Virus record (IMG/VR): IMGVR_UViG_3300027793_000055
Location: 64,001 to 128,000 of that record
Direction: 5' to 3' (one strand)
Length of the DNA: 64,000 nucleotides
From: a virus
Made by a program: the position numbers and the translations under genes. The notes beneath the pieces are model-generated. The model was not told where the DNA came from. It did not search any database and was given only the letters and a program-made list of their open reading frames with translations. Of the stretch, positions 40,521 through 50,019 are shown piece after piece (the first letter of the stretch is position 1; each line of letters begins with the position of its first letter).

Positions 40521-41744
40521 TTACTCAATTAAACCTAAACTTCTTGCAGCATTTTCATCAAATTCGTAATGCCACAACTCTTTAAAAGACCATCCGGTCC
40601 AAATAAAACCAAATCTCTGTGAATTGCTTGCTAACCATTTAGCAACTAAACCAAAGTCACCATTTTTTGTTTTTTCAAAACTCTGTGAATTTTGATCAAC
40701 TCTCTGTAAAGAATTAAAACTAGAACTGTCAGTAAATTGCTTAAACAACAAATTTCCTTCTCTGCCGGTTGAAAAGTCAATAGCCTTTCCAGCTGGATGT
40801 TTTGAATTACCTCTATCTGGATTTCCAACTTGTGGAAATGGTTGACCTTTTCTTAGCCAGTCTTGATACATACACCTTTGTAAATCTATATTTCTATAAC
40901 CACTGGTAAAACCTAAAGTTTGACCGGTTTCTTTTTTATATGCATCTATCATAGCTTCAACAGCTTTTATATATTTCTTTGGAAATAATATAAAAGCACT
41001 ACCTGGTATTATAACCATTTCTGTTGTTTCATATCCATTTGGTGGAGGTGGACCACCGGTTGTTATTGGCCATATACCGGGTTGCCGATTCGCTTTTTTT
41101 AAATCTATACAAGCATTTTGTTCAGAAGCAGGAAAAGACTGTTGCTGGATACTTGGTATTGGATTTAAACCAGAAGGTGGTTTTGTACTATCTGTTAAAT
41201 TATTTTGTTGTGAAGTAATCTGTGAAGCTTTTTTGTCTTTCTTTTTTCCTGCTGTCTCTGATCCTTTTCTGGATATACCATAATAAGTTGGTCTTGTTCG
41301 AAACAGACGATTTTCATAATCAACAAATATCTTATCACCTTTACTTGGAGGATCTAATTTATCAGATACTGAAATAAATATTTCAAAAAGAGGCATTAAT
41401 GTTTCTGATGGTATTTCTTCGCCATTATCAAAATTAATACCCTGATCTGGATGTGGACAGTTATCTTGTTCTATTATTTGCGCTCTTACTGCTATCAATT
41501 TATCAATATTCTGCATTTGTGAACTTTGATATTCAGCAGGAAATGGAGGATAAATATAATAGCCGTTTTCTAAAGCAATACCAACCAAAGGACCAGAAAT
41601 GTTCTTTGAAACATCTGGTCTAATATGTTCATCTTTTTTTAATCTTTCGAGTTCAGAGTCGGTCGGATTTGCTCTTCTTATTCTTGGCCAAGCATTATTT
41701 TGACCAAAAGGCTCATCCTCTGGATTCAGAATTCTATTCGACAT
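40521..41744 (-). CDS. Tail-associated peptidoglycan hydrolase: OB-fold-like N-terminus plus M15 (VanY-like) Zn peptidase
   Basis: PSKGDKIFVDY (gp5 OB-like); TSGYRN..LQ, SKHPAGKAIDF, WL..N..RFGF, ELWHYEF. Confidence 0.8.
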   Translation of the reverse strand: MSNRILNPEDEPFGQNNAWPRIRRANPTDSELERLKKDEHIRPDVSKNISGPLVGIALENGYYIYPPFPAEYQSSQMQNIDKLIAVRAQIIEQDNCPHPDQGINFDNGEEIPSETLMPLFEIFISVSDKLDPPSKGDKIFVDYENRLFRTRPTYYGISRKGSETAGKKKDKKASQITSQQNNLTDSTKPPSGLNPIPSIQQQSFPASEQNACIDLKKANRQPGIWPITTGGPPPPNGYETTEMVIIPGSAFILFPKKYIKAVEAMIDAYKKETGQTLGFTSGYRNIDLQRCMYQDWLRKGQPFPQVGNPDRGNSKHPAGKAIDFSTGREGNLLFKQFTDSSSFNSLQRVDQNSQSFEKTKNGDFGLVAKWLASNSQRFGFIWTGWSFKELWHYEFDENAARSLGLIE

Positions 41745-41794
41745 AATCTAGAAACCTCTAGAATAAATATCTAGAATTGAAATAATTTAGATAT

Positions 41795-42097
41795 CTATTC
41801 TTCTTTACCGGTAGCTTCTATTTCATCATACATACTATTTTTCTCATTTTCATTTAAATCTCCATATTCACTTTTAATGGATTTTTTTAGTATGTCTGTT
41901 ATTTTTACTAATTGCTCATTTGAACGCTGTAGAGTTTCAAGATATTTGGCAGCAGTCAAGCCAACTTCTCTATGACGTTCTTGACTGCCACCAATATAAA
42001 CAGCTATATCTCTTAAGAGACTATCAGCTTTTTTACGATCTTCTCTTATATTATCAATAGCTTCTTCAAGATACTTTTCGATCTGTTTATTATTCAT
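41795..42097 (-). CDS. Hypothetical helical protein
   Basis: 100 aa, 4-nt overlap with the sigma-factor gene. Confidence 0.6.
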   Translation of the reverse strand: MNNKQIEKYLEEAIDNIREDRKKADSLLRDIAVYIGGSQERHREVGLTAAKYLETLQRSNEQLVKITDILKKSIKSEYGDLNENEKNSMYDEIEATGKEE

Positions 42098-42858
42098 AAT
42101 ATATCATTTTCCCAATCAAGTTTAAAATCTCTATATTTATCTCTTAATCGATTTAAACTTGAAGCTATTTGTTTGGTATTTAGATTCGTTATCTCTCTTA
42201 TATACAGATAGATTGCTTTTTTATTGAAAATTTCAATACGATCAGGATTCTCCAATAAAATTTTAACAGCTTGTAAAACTTTATCATCGTTCTGTTTTAA
42301 TTCTTCTGAATCCCATTCTTTCATCTCGCTCCAAAGAGCGCCCCAAAATTCTTCTCCCTCTCTATCTGAATCATATGTGTTATGAACCAATAGGTTATCT
42401 TCTTCGCTCTCTTTTTTGATATCTTCGAAATATACTTCGTGTTTTGCTTGATGAGAATTCTTTTTGACTTTATGAATAAACCAATTTTTGGTTATGACTG
42501 AAAAGTAACTAAATGCCTTAGAGCCTTTTAATGGGTCAAATTTATCCAATATGGTTGTTAACCAAACCTTGCACTCGCTCTTTAGGTCTTCAATATTTGG
42601 TAAACTAGTGAACTTATAAGTAAAAACTATTTTATCTACCAACTCATTAAAAACAGGGCCGATATAAGCAACATAAAGTTCTTGTCTTTTTTTTGGATCT
42701 CGTACTTGAGCATATTGTACGATTGCATCTTCATGAACTTTTGAAAAATATATTTTTCCTTGTGTTGTTCTTACTTGAGTTGTTTTATTAAAGGTTACGT
42801 TTGTTTGGTTTGAATTCAAACTGTTTTGGCTCTGGCTCTTCTTCGGACGTGGCATCAA
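42094..42858 (-). CDS. Phage RNA polymerase sigma factor (gp55-like late sigma candidate)
   Basis: YF..VHEDAIVQY...EDLKSEC...LDKFDPLKGSKAFSYFSVITKNWFI resembles sigma region 2. Confidence 0.75.
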   Translation of the reverse strand: MMPRPKKSQSQNSLNSNQTNVTFNKTTQVRTTQGKIYFSKVHEDAIVQYAQVRDPKKRQELYVAYIGPVFNELVDKIVFTYKFTSLPNIEDLKSECKVWLTTILDKFDPLKGSKAFSYFSVITKNWFIHKVKKNSHQAKHEVYFEDIKKESEEDNLLVHNTYDSDREGEEFWGALWSEMKEWDSEELKQNDDKVLQAVKILLENPDRIEIFNKKAIYLYIREITNLNTKQIASSLNRLRDKYRDFKLDWENDIL

Positions 42859-43138
42859 TTTCTCCAGCTACAACCATATAATCCTGTTTTAGATCAGAAT
42901 AGGCTTGTGTTATAAATTTTGTATGTTGAACTAGTGATTCAAGAGTGGGATCACCATAAAACATTTCAAGTTCATTAATTTTTGTTAAATGCTCTGTAAA
43001 ATCAGATATTTGTGAATCAAATATTTGAAATGTTTCTTGTATAAGAACAATACGTTTTACTAATCTAAAAGCATACCAACCAAATAATACATTAATACCA
43101 ATTGATATAGCCAGTAAAATTAGTAAAACAATTGTCAT
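42788..43138 (-). CDS. Membrane-anchored coiled-coil protein
   Basis: N-terminal hydrophobic helix (IVLLILLAISIGINVLFGWYAF) followed by a coiled coil. Confidence 0.6.
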   Translation of the reverse strand: MTIVLLILLAISIGINVLFGWYAFRLVKRIVLIQETFQIFDSQISDFTEHLTKINELEMFYGDPTLESLVQHTKFITQAYSDLKQDYMVVAGEIDATSEEEPEPKQFEFKPNKRNL

Positions 43139-43383
43139 TTATTATAGTCCTGCCTCTTGATATTTTTCATATCTTCCTTAAGACTTTCCTTATTTTCTTC
43201 AATAAATGTTCGAACTAATTGCCCACTATTATTTTTTTGAGCAACCGTTATTGAAGAACTTAATACCTTCTTAAGTGAATCTATTGTTCCACACTTTTCA
43301 CAATCTGTTAAGCGAGTGGACATATCATGAAAAGTATCGAACTGCTGTTCACAGCTTTTACATTTATATGTATAAACTGGCAT
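43135..43383 (-). CDS. FmdB-family zinc-ribbon protein
   Basis: MPVYTYKCKSCEQQFDTFH.M....DCEKCG. Confidence 0.85.
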   Translation of the reverse strand: MPVYTYKCKSCEQQFDTFHDMSTRLTDCEKCGTIDSLKKVLSSSITVAQKNNSGQLVRTFIEENKESLKEDMKNIKRQDYNK

Positions 43384-43562
43384 CAGTCTACTTCGTGTTC
43401 AACTTGGTTAACAGAGAAAGCTGGTGGATTTTTAACAAAAAGATTACCATCAACACTTTCCCATTCTAATTCTTCTAATACTGGAACTATATCGCTTTGT
43501 TCTAGTAGACTCTTTTGTAGAGCCATCATTAATGAGCCCATAGCTTGTTTTGATAATTTCAT
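43383..43562 (-). CDS. Small hypothetical protein (59 aa, below ORF-track cutoff)
   Basis: MKLSKQAMGSLMMALQKSLLEQSDIVPVLEELEWESVDGNLFVKNPP...; GGAG RBS; TGATG coupling to the zinc-ribbon gene. Confidence 0.75.
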   Translation of the reverse strand: MKLSKQAMGSLMMALQKSLLEQSDIVPVLEELEWESVDGNLFVKNPPAFSVNQVEHEVD

Positions 43563-43583
43563 TTCTTTACTCCAATTAATGTT

Positions 43584-44696
43584 TCAAATATCTTTATTGA
43601 TATTTTTGACTGTCTCTATTATATGCTGAATCTGTGCTTTTTGTAAAGAAGGATAACTAGGAAGAACCACAGAATAATTATTTACTAAATTGCCATTCTG
43701 ATTTGTTCTGTTCGTAGTTATTTTATTTTTTAAGAATTCTTGCTTCTCATGAGTATAAAACATAGGTCTTATGTCTATTCCGTTTTTATTAAAATAACCA
43801 AGAGCTTTATTGTAAGTAATTCCATTTGTAAATCTTAGACCAAACATCCAGCAGGAGTGTTCTGTGTTGGTTTCTTGTACTTGAACTTGTACAAAATCTA
43901 AATCTTTAAAAGAATTTGTATATGTATTGTATAAATCTATTTTTAGATTTAATATTTCATCTAGACTTTCTAGTTGACCTAATAAAAACGCCGCTTGTAC
44001 ATTTGTCAAGCGATAGTTTTGAGCTATTTTATCATGCTTAAATCTTTGGTTTGTATTACCTTGATTAATAAAAGATTTTAGATATTCTAGAATTTGTTTA
44101 TCATTGATTATGACTGCTCCACCTTCACCACAGGTAATAGTTTTATTACCAAAGAACGAAACAGCAGAAGCAAAAGTTTGTGTACCGGAAAATTTACCAT
44201 TATATTTTCCAAACAGTCCTTCACAATTATCCTCAACAACTAATAGTTCTGGATATTTCTCTTTTATCAAATCAATATTTATTATATTTCCAAGATTATG
44301 TACACACAATAAAGCTGTTGTATGTAAGTCTGATTTGTCTAAAAGTTCAAATAATTCATTTAAATCATAGTTCCAGGAATCAATATTACAATCTACAGAT
44401 ACTAAAGAGAATTTTTCTTCATATAAAAAAGTATTCCAAGCTGCAACATAAGAATTGTTTGGTACTATTAGTGTTTTAATATTTGGATATTTAATCTGAA
44501 TGGCTTTAGAGACGCAATGCATACCGGTAGTACCATTACTTACTAAAAACAGATTTTCTGTTTTCAATACTTCCTTAAGTTTATCTGTTGCTCTCTGTAT
44601 GAACTCGCCTTGCGAAGATATCCATCCGGATTCTATAGCCTCATATGCATATTTTTTTGTTTTTTCATTAATAAATGGATCGTATACTTTTATCAT
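43584..44696 (-). CDS. perA: GDP-perosamine synthase-like PLP aminotransferase (DegT/DnrJ/EryC1/StrS)
   Basis: SGWISSQGEFI, VSNGTTGMH, VVEDNCE, SFFGNKTITCGEGG (PLP lysine motif closely matching perosamine synthases), NYRLTNVQAA, LPSYP. Confidence 0.85.
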   Translation of the reverse strand: MIKVYDPFINEKTKKYAYEAIESGWISSQGEFIQRATDKLKEVLKTENLFLVSNGTTGMHCVSKAIQIKYPNIKTLIVPNNSYVAAWNTFLYEEKFSLVSVDCNIDSWNYDLNELFELLDKSDLHTTALLCVHNLGNIINIDLIKEKYPELLVVEDNCEGLFGKYNGKFSGTQTFASAVSFFGNKTITCGEGGAVIINDKQILEYLKSFINQGNTNQRFKHDKIAQNYRLTNVQAAFLLGQLESLDEILNLKIDLYNTYTNSFKDLDFVQVQVQETNTEHSCWMFGLRFTNGITYNKALGYFNKNGIDIRPMFYTHEKQEFLKNKITTNRTNQNGNLVNNYSVVLPSYPSLQKAQIQHIIETVKNINKDI

Positions 44697-44751
44697 ATTT
44701 TGATATATCAGTTATAGTATTTTTAAAATATAATACTATGTTTTAATTTCC

Positions 44752-45060
44752 TTAGTATGTTTTGTGCTTTCTTTGTATATTTTTACCGTCATCTAATTCT
44801 TTACCTGCAGCAGCTTCGGTAATCATTAGAATTACTTTTTGATCAATCTCGTCAATCAACTGGTTTCTTTGAACATTAAGATCTGTTGCTCTTTTCAAAC
44901 AGTCCCAAAGACGTTTAGCGCCCTCTTCATTCGAAAAGTATTCTGTCTTATATTGTTCAAAATCCATTTTACGAATTTTATATATTTCTTCTTGATTATT
45001 CCACATTTTTGTATCTATAGTAAATAATTTATCAATTAAACTTCCTAGTGTATCCGCCAT
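44752..45060 (-). CDS. DUF4254-like protein
   Basis: DTLGSLIDKLFTIDTKMWNNQE...ATDLNVQRNQLIDEID matches the DUF4254 pattern as recalled. Confidence 0.65.
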   Translation of the reverse strand: MADTLGSLIDKLFTIDTKMWNNQEEIYKIRKMDFEQYKTEYFSNEEGAKRLWDCLKRATDLNVQRNQLIDEIDQKVILMITEAAAGKELDDGKNIQRKHKTY

Positions 45061-45069
45061 ATTAAACTC

Positions 45070-45702
45070 CTATTTAATTTTTTTACAAGGCATTCCAACA
45101 TATGTGCCAGATTCTAAAAGATCTTTCACTACTACCGCTCCAGCACCAATTATTACATTACTAGCAATTTTTTTATTTTCGATTATAATACAATTTGTAC
45201 CGAGATAGGCTAAATTTTGTATATTTACATTTCCAGATATATTACAACCTGGCGAGCAGGTAACAAAATCTTCGATTCTAGAATCGTGACCAAGAGTACA
45301 ATTTAAATTAATATGTACAAAATTACCAATTACAATATTTGTAGTAACAGATACATGAGAACATAATATATTTCCAAAACCTAACTTAACAAATCGCTCA
45401 TCTAATACAACAGATTTATGTATAAGATTTGGAAAAGAAATATTATTTTTATTTTTTAACTTAGAATAAATTTTTTGTTTTATATTTGGACTTCCAACTG
45501 CTATAAAACACTCGATATCTTCATTAATATTAAAAAAATCTTTCTCTGAAATTACAGATCTGCCATTAATTTGGGTGCCTAAGTCTTCAGAAGAATCTTC
45601 TGCTACAAAAACAACATCTGCCAAGCTACCAAAGTTTTCATAAATTATGAACTCTACTTCTTTAGCAAAACCTTTTGTACCAAATATATATTTTTTTTTC
45701 AT
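45070..45702 (-). CDS. perB: Sugar N/O-acetyltransferase, NeuD/PglD/PerB family (hexapeptide repeat)
   Basis: IFGTKGFAKEV N-domain, FIAVGSP..K, LIH, left-handed beta-helix with GHD (NCTLGHDSRI), GAGAVVVKD...YVGMP; ATGA overlap with GT9. Confidence 0.85.
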   Translation of the reverse strand: MKKKYIFGTKGFAKEVEFIIYENFGSLADVVFVAEDSSEDLGTQINGRSVISEKDFFNINEDIECFIAVGSPNIKQKIYSKLKNKNNISFPNLIHKSVVLDERFVKLGFGNILCSHVSVTTNIVIGNFVHINLNCTLGHDSRIEDFVTCSPGCNISGNVNIQNLAYLGTNCIIIENKKIASNVIIGAGAVVVKDLLESGTYVGMPCKKIK

Positions 45703-46586
45703 ATACAATTTTTTAAACTTTCTTTGAATTGATCAATTGTTGTAACAATGGTTTTATTTTGCATATGCTTCCACTCAAAACTACTCCAATGTAAGCCATG
45801 TGTTACCTCAATTCTAGGCTTAGATATATCGCAAAAGTCAGAATGTGTTAAACAGCTTAATCCAGAACAACAGCCGATAAACATATCGACCAAATTGTAC
45901 AACTCTGCATTAGACATAAAAGAACCATTATAAAAATGGATATCTATTCCATATTTTTTTGCTAATGAATCAAAATATTCTGGCTTATTTTTTCCACTAA
46001 AAATAATACTATATCCTCTATCTTCAGCAAAATCACACAAAATTTTTATATAATTTAAATTAAATGGAGATTGATTAGAGAAATTTTCATATTCTAATAA
46101 AATAAACTTATTTTTATCATTATTAATACTTTTAACAAAGTGTTGTGCTTCTAGTTTTTCTTCTTGAGTTAAAAATATATTTGGAATAAAGTCACAAGCA
46201 AAATTTGTAATTCCGGATGTTTTATATTTTATGATATTCAATAAATTATCTTCTTGTCTTGAAAGTTCGATTCTGTTCTTGAGAGAATAATAATATGGAG
46301 CTACAAACTTGACTATATCATATTTTGAAAATAACTCTTTCTCATTCTGTTCGATAAAAAAGGTCATATTTACATAACTATGCAAATCATCGCCTGTGTG
46401 TATATTTTCATATATTAATATATTATCAATATTTTTATTATTTTTTAATATATGTACATATTTTTTACTGGTCAGCCAAGTTATTTGACAATCTGGTTCT
46501 ACTATTTTGTGATGTTTTACAATTGGTGTACAATTTAAAATATCACCACCTGCTCCACAATTAATAATTAAAATTTTGTTTCCCAT
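45699..46586 (-). CDS. Glycosyltransferase, GT9 (WaaF/RfaF-like)
   Basis: KILIINCGAGGDILNCTPIVK....P.CQITWLT; DMFIGCCSGLSCL (equivalent to G.DSG..H). Confidence 0.7.
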   Translation of the reverse strand: MGNKILIINCGAGGDILNCTPIVKHHKIVEPDCQITWLTSKKYVHILKNNKNIDNILIYENIHTGDDLHSYVNMTFFIEQNEKELFSKYDIVKFVAPYYYSLKNRIELSRQEDNLLNIIKYKTSGITNFACDFIPNIFLTQEEKLEAQHFVKSINNDKNKFILLEYENFSNQSPFNLNYIKILCDFAEDRGYSIIFSGKNKPEYFDSLAKKYGIDIHFYNGSFMSNAELYNLVDMFIGCCSGLSCLTHSDFCDISKPRIEVTHGLHWSSFEWKHMQNKTIVTTIDQFKESLKNCI

Positions 46587-46587
46587 A

Positions 46588-47565
46588 TTATTTTAATGAA
46601 GTTTTATCGTGCTCAAACATCATTTTTGCTAGCTGTTTAAAACCTACTTTACGTTTCCAGCCTAATTCCTGTTCTGCTCTTTTTGGATCTGCCAAAAGGA
46701 AAGCAACATCGTGTGGCCTAAAAAGTGTTTCAGTTGAAACCATTTGTTTTTCTGGATCAAGGCCGGCAAGAGTAAAGATTTCTTCTACGAATTCTTTAAC
46801 GGTGTGTGTTTCACCGGTACCAATAACATAATCTCTTGGCTCACTATTTTGAAGCATTAACCACATAGCTTCTACATAATCGCCGGCAAAACCCCAATCA
46901 CGTTTTGTATCAATACGACCTAATTCTAGTTTATCTTGTTTACCAGCTAAAATATTAGCCGCAGCTTTTGTAATTTTACGAGTTACGAAATGCTCTCCAC
47001 GTCTTGGTGATTCGTGATTAAAGAGAATACCAGAACAAGCAAACATATCATATGATTTACGATATGTAGCAGTTAGGTTGTGTGCAAAAACTTTAGCACA
47101 AGCATATGGTGAAATTGGAGAAAATACAGTATCTTCATTTTGTGGTCCAGGCATATCACCAAACATTTCTGATGTTGACGCTTGATAAAAGCGGATACTT
47201 TTATCGATACATCGAATTGTTTCCAAGATATTCATTGGACCTACAGCATCAATATGTACTGTACTCATCGGTGAACGGTAAGACTCTCCAACGTGTGATT
47301 GTGCGGCAAGATTATAGATTTCATTTGGTTTATGTTTATCGATTAATCTCCACATCGCAGAGGCATCAGTAATGTCTCCAGTTTCAATCAAAAAATCTGG
47401 ATTTGCTAAATTGTGTTGTATACCGGCTAATTTTGCTGTGTCATTCGATGCAGTATATCTTAGCAAGCCTACTACTTTATAATTTTTTGAAAGAAGTAGA
47501 TCGGCAAGATACGAACCATCTTGTCCATTTACTCCAGTTATTAATGCTACTTTTTGTTTTGTCAT
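46588..47565 (-). CDS. gmd: GDP-mannose 4,6-dehydratase
   Basis: ALITGVNGQDGSYLA, YNLAAQSHV, FYQASTSEMFG, SPYACAK, GILFNHESPRRGEHFVTRKIT, RDWGFAGDYVEAMW; start set at ATG 47565. Confidence 0.97.
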   Translation of the reverse strand: MTKQKVALITGVNGQDGSYLADLLLSKNYKVVGLLRYTASNDTAKLAGIQHNLANPDFLIETGDITDASAMWRLIDKHKPNEIYNLAAQSHVGESYRSPMSTVHIDAVGPMNILETIRCIDKSIRFYQASTSEMFGDMPGPQNEDTVFSPISPYACAKVFAHNLTATYRKSYDMFACSGILFNHESPRRGEHFVTRKITKAAANILAGKQDKLELGRIDTKRDWGFAGDYVEAMWLMLQNSEPRDYVIGTGETHTVKEFVEEIFTLAGLDPEKQMVSTETLFRPHDVAFLLADPKRAEQELGWKRKVGFKQLAKMMFEHDKTSLK

Positions 47566-47573
47566 TTTATTCC

Positions 47574-48746
47574 TCAATTCAATAAAACATTGACCAAATC
47601 TTGGGTTATTTTTTGTGGATTGCAATACTCTTGCAAAAATTTACGTGATTCTATACCGGTTCGTTTTAATTGTTCAGGGTTCTCTTTCCACAAATTATAT
47701 GCTTTCCTAAGCTGGTTTCGTAAATCATCTAAATCTGTTTCAACCAATTTCATTTCTACTGATGAGTAATCCTTAGTAAAAGCACCGGTACAGGTCATAA
47801 ACCTGGAATTTATAAAGAAATTATCCGGATGAATAAAATCTATATGGCCACCTTTATCTGGTGTCATCACAGGTAATTCTCGGCCTATAGCTTCAGCAAT
47901 TGTTAATCCAAAACCCTCGCCTCTTGTCGGCAAACAAAATAAATTAGAATTATCTATTATTATGTCAATTTCCTGTTTTGATAAAAGACCGGTTACTACA
48001 TTAATTTTGCATTTCATTGGATCTAGATAATGACTTATTGAATTTTTATAATTTTTAACTTCTGATAATATGTGATTTCTGTCTTCTTCGAACTTACCAG
48101 TCGCTGGTCCAAAGCCATATGTCTTTATTGTTAATAGAGCATCTTCTTGATGATAAAACTCACTACAATAAGCTTTTATCAGTAAATCAAAACCTTTTCT
48201 TGGTGTCCACTGAGACATAGATAGAATATTAAATACTTTTTTCTGTTCTTTTCTGATTGGTTCAGAAAAATCAATCAAATATGGAATCTTATACGTAGGG
48301 AGTCCCGTTTGTGACTCAAAAACTTGCTTATTCCAATCGCAAGGTACAATAATTTGGTGAAAATATTTTTTATAATTTTCTAACCAAAATGCCGGTACCC
48401 TATCTGTTTCCCAAACAACCATATTGGTATTTTTTTTAGAATTTTGGAAAATGGGATCAAATTTTAAATGATCAATTATTAAATTTGGTGTTAAAAACCA
48501 AGCAACATCATAATCTTTTTTACAAAACTCTACCATTTCATCACTATTTTTTAATTCATATTTTTCAATTAATTGTATTTCTGATTTGGACAGTTTGGCT
48601 TGTTCAAAATTCCAAGTATAAAGACCTAATTCAAAAGCACCCGGATTCATTTGTAAAAACGAATCTAAACATTTTAAATAACTTCTAGCTGCAACAGAAT
48701 ATCCAGACGGTCCTCTGAATGTGGAGACAAACAATAATCTTTTCAC
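47574..48746 (-). CDS. Glycosyltransferase GT4 (GT-B)
   Basis: GPSGYSVAAR, WETD, LSMSQWTPRKGFDLLIKAY, PTRGEGFGLTIAEA (E-x7-E). Confidence 0.9.
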   Translation of the reverse strand: MKRLLFVSTFRGPSGYSVAARSYLKCLDSFLQMNPGAFELGLYTWNFEQAKLSKSEIQLIEKYELKNSDEMVEFCKKDYDVAWFLTPNLIIDHLKFDPIFQNSKKNTNMVVWETDRVPAFWLENYKKYFHQIIVPCDWNKQVFESQTGLPTYKIPYLIDFSEPIRKEQKKVFNILSMSQWTPRKGFDLLIKAYCSEFYHQEDALLTIKTYGFGPATGKFEEDRNHILSEVKNYKNSISHYLDPMKCKINVVTGLLSKQEIDIIIDNSNLFCLPTRGEGFGLTIAEAIGRELPVMTPDKGGHIDFIHPDNFFINSRFMTCTGAFTKDYSSVEMKLVETDLDDLRNQLRKAYNLWKENPEQLKRTGIESRKFLQEYCNPQKITQDLVNVLLN

Positions 48747-50008
48747 AGTAAATCACCAATAATCATTTCTTTATTTTCGGTATTATTTTCTAATGAGCCG
48801 CCCCAAACACTTTCAGCAAATTGCCTGAAAACGACTTCTTCGGTGAAAGTCTTCAATACATGTTCTTGTAACTTTTTCGCCTGTGAAAGATTTGGTGCAT
48901 AGTTCTTAACCAATTCTCTCATAGCTTCCCTAACAGAACTATGTTTAACATATGCCCACTTAGAATCAGCCTGAATTACTCCATCCCAAACTGCTTCTTT
49001 CTGTACTTCCTTTAGCTCAAAATCGATTTTAACACAGTGTGAGCGCATTTTAATCTTGCCGGTATCCTTTTCTTTCTTCGGGGCTTTCAGAAAGTCAGTC
49101 TGTCCACTCCAAAATGGTGCGGCGACGGGCAATCCTGCTGATGCAGCCTCAAACATAGGAATACCAAAACCTTCACCGTGCGTTGTACTTACAAAAGCCT
49201 TAATTTTTGGATGCTGATAAAGACCAGCCATTTCTTCATCAGTCATATTACCGTGAAGAAGATGGATTTTACATTTTCTATCTTGAGGTAAGGTAGATAG
49301 TAGATTTTTCATTCTAACTTCTGTTAGAGTTTTATCCATAATATTATTTTTAACTGAATTTGCCTTAACTACTAGTCCAACTTCTTCATCTTTAAATTCT
49401 TCAACAAAAGCACGAATTGTTGCTTCTATATTCTTTCTTGGTCCCCATTGAGCCACTGTCAAGAAATTAAAATCATTAGGTAGTTCTAATTCTGGTACAA
49501 CTGGTACCAAATTTTTAACTGGAAACCCAACTACATCTATTGGCTTAGTATTACGGAATTCAAACTGTTCTTTTGTAGACTGATTTACAGCCTGATAAGC
49601 TGTATTATTAAACACATCTCTAGAATGTTCTGATATAACAATAAACTTATCCATTAGTATGGATTTTTCAATCCATTTTGGAGAAACTTTTGTTGTTTCA
49701 ATACCAGCAGTATAGCCAATATTAACTGGCGCTATTTTTTCAAATTCATTTGGTATAGAAATCTGTATTGATACATCAAACTGTTCCTTATTCTGGATTC
49801 TTTTTTGTGATTCTAGAATAATTGGCATCAGCAATTTTACTTCTTCTGATGTTTCTAGAAGATTTCCTGTTCTTCCCCAATTTGTTGGCAAGATAGTAAT
49901 ATCAAAATGATCTGGGAACCTTGCTAATGAATGAATAGCCAAACGAGCCATTTCTCCATAACCACTTCTACTTAATACTGGTCCTCTAACAATTACTTTC
50001 TTTTTCAT
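48743..50008 (-). CDS. Glycosyltransferase GT4 (GT-B)
   Basis: GPVLSRSGYG, AGIET, FLTVAQWGPRKN, TTHGEGFGIPMFEA; start at ATG 50008 with GGAG RBS. Confidence 0.9.
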   Translation of the reverse strand: MKKKVIVRGPVLSRSGYGEMARLAIHSLARFPDHFDITILPTNWGRTGNLLETSEEVKLLMPIILESQKRIQNKEQFDVSIQISIPNEFEKIAPVNIGYTAGIETTKVSPKWIEKSILMDKFIVISEHSRDVFNNTAYQAVNQSTKEQFEFRNTKPIDVVGFPVKNLVPVVPELELPNDFNFLTVAQWGPRKNIEATIRAFVEEFKDEEVGLVVKANSVKNNIMDKTLTEVRMKNLLSTLPQDRKCKIHLLHGNMTDEEMAGLYQHPKIKAFVSTTHGEGFGIPMFEAASAGLPVAAPFWSGQTDFLKAPKKEKDTGKIKMRSHCVKIDFELKEVQKEAVWDGVIQADSKWAYVKHSSVREAMRELVKNYAPNLSQAKKLQEHVLKTFTEEVVFRQFAESVWGGSLENNTENKEMIIGDLL

Positions 50009-50019
50009 CTGTTCTCCGA

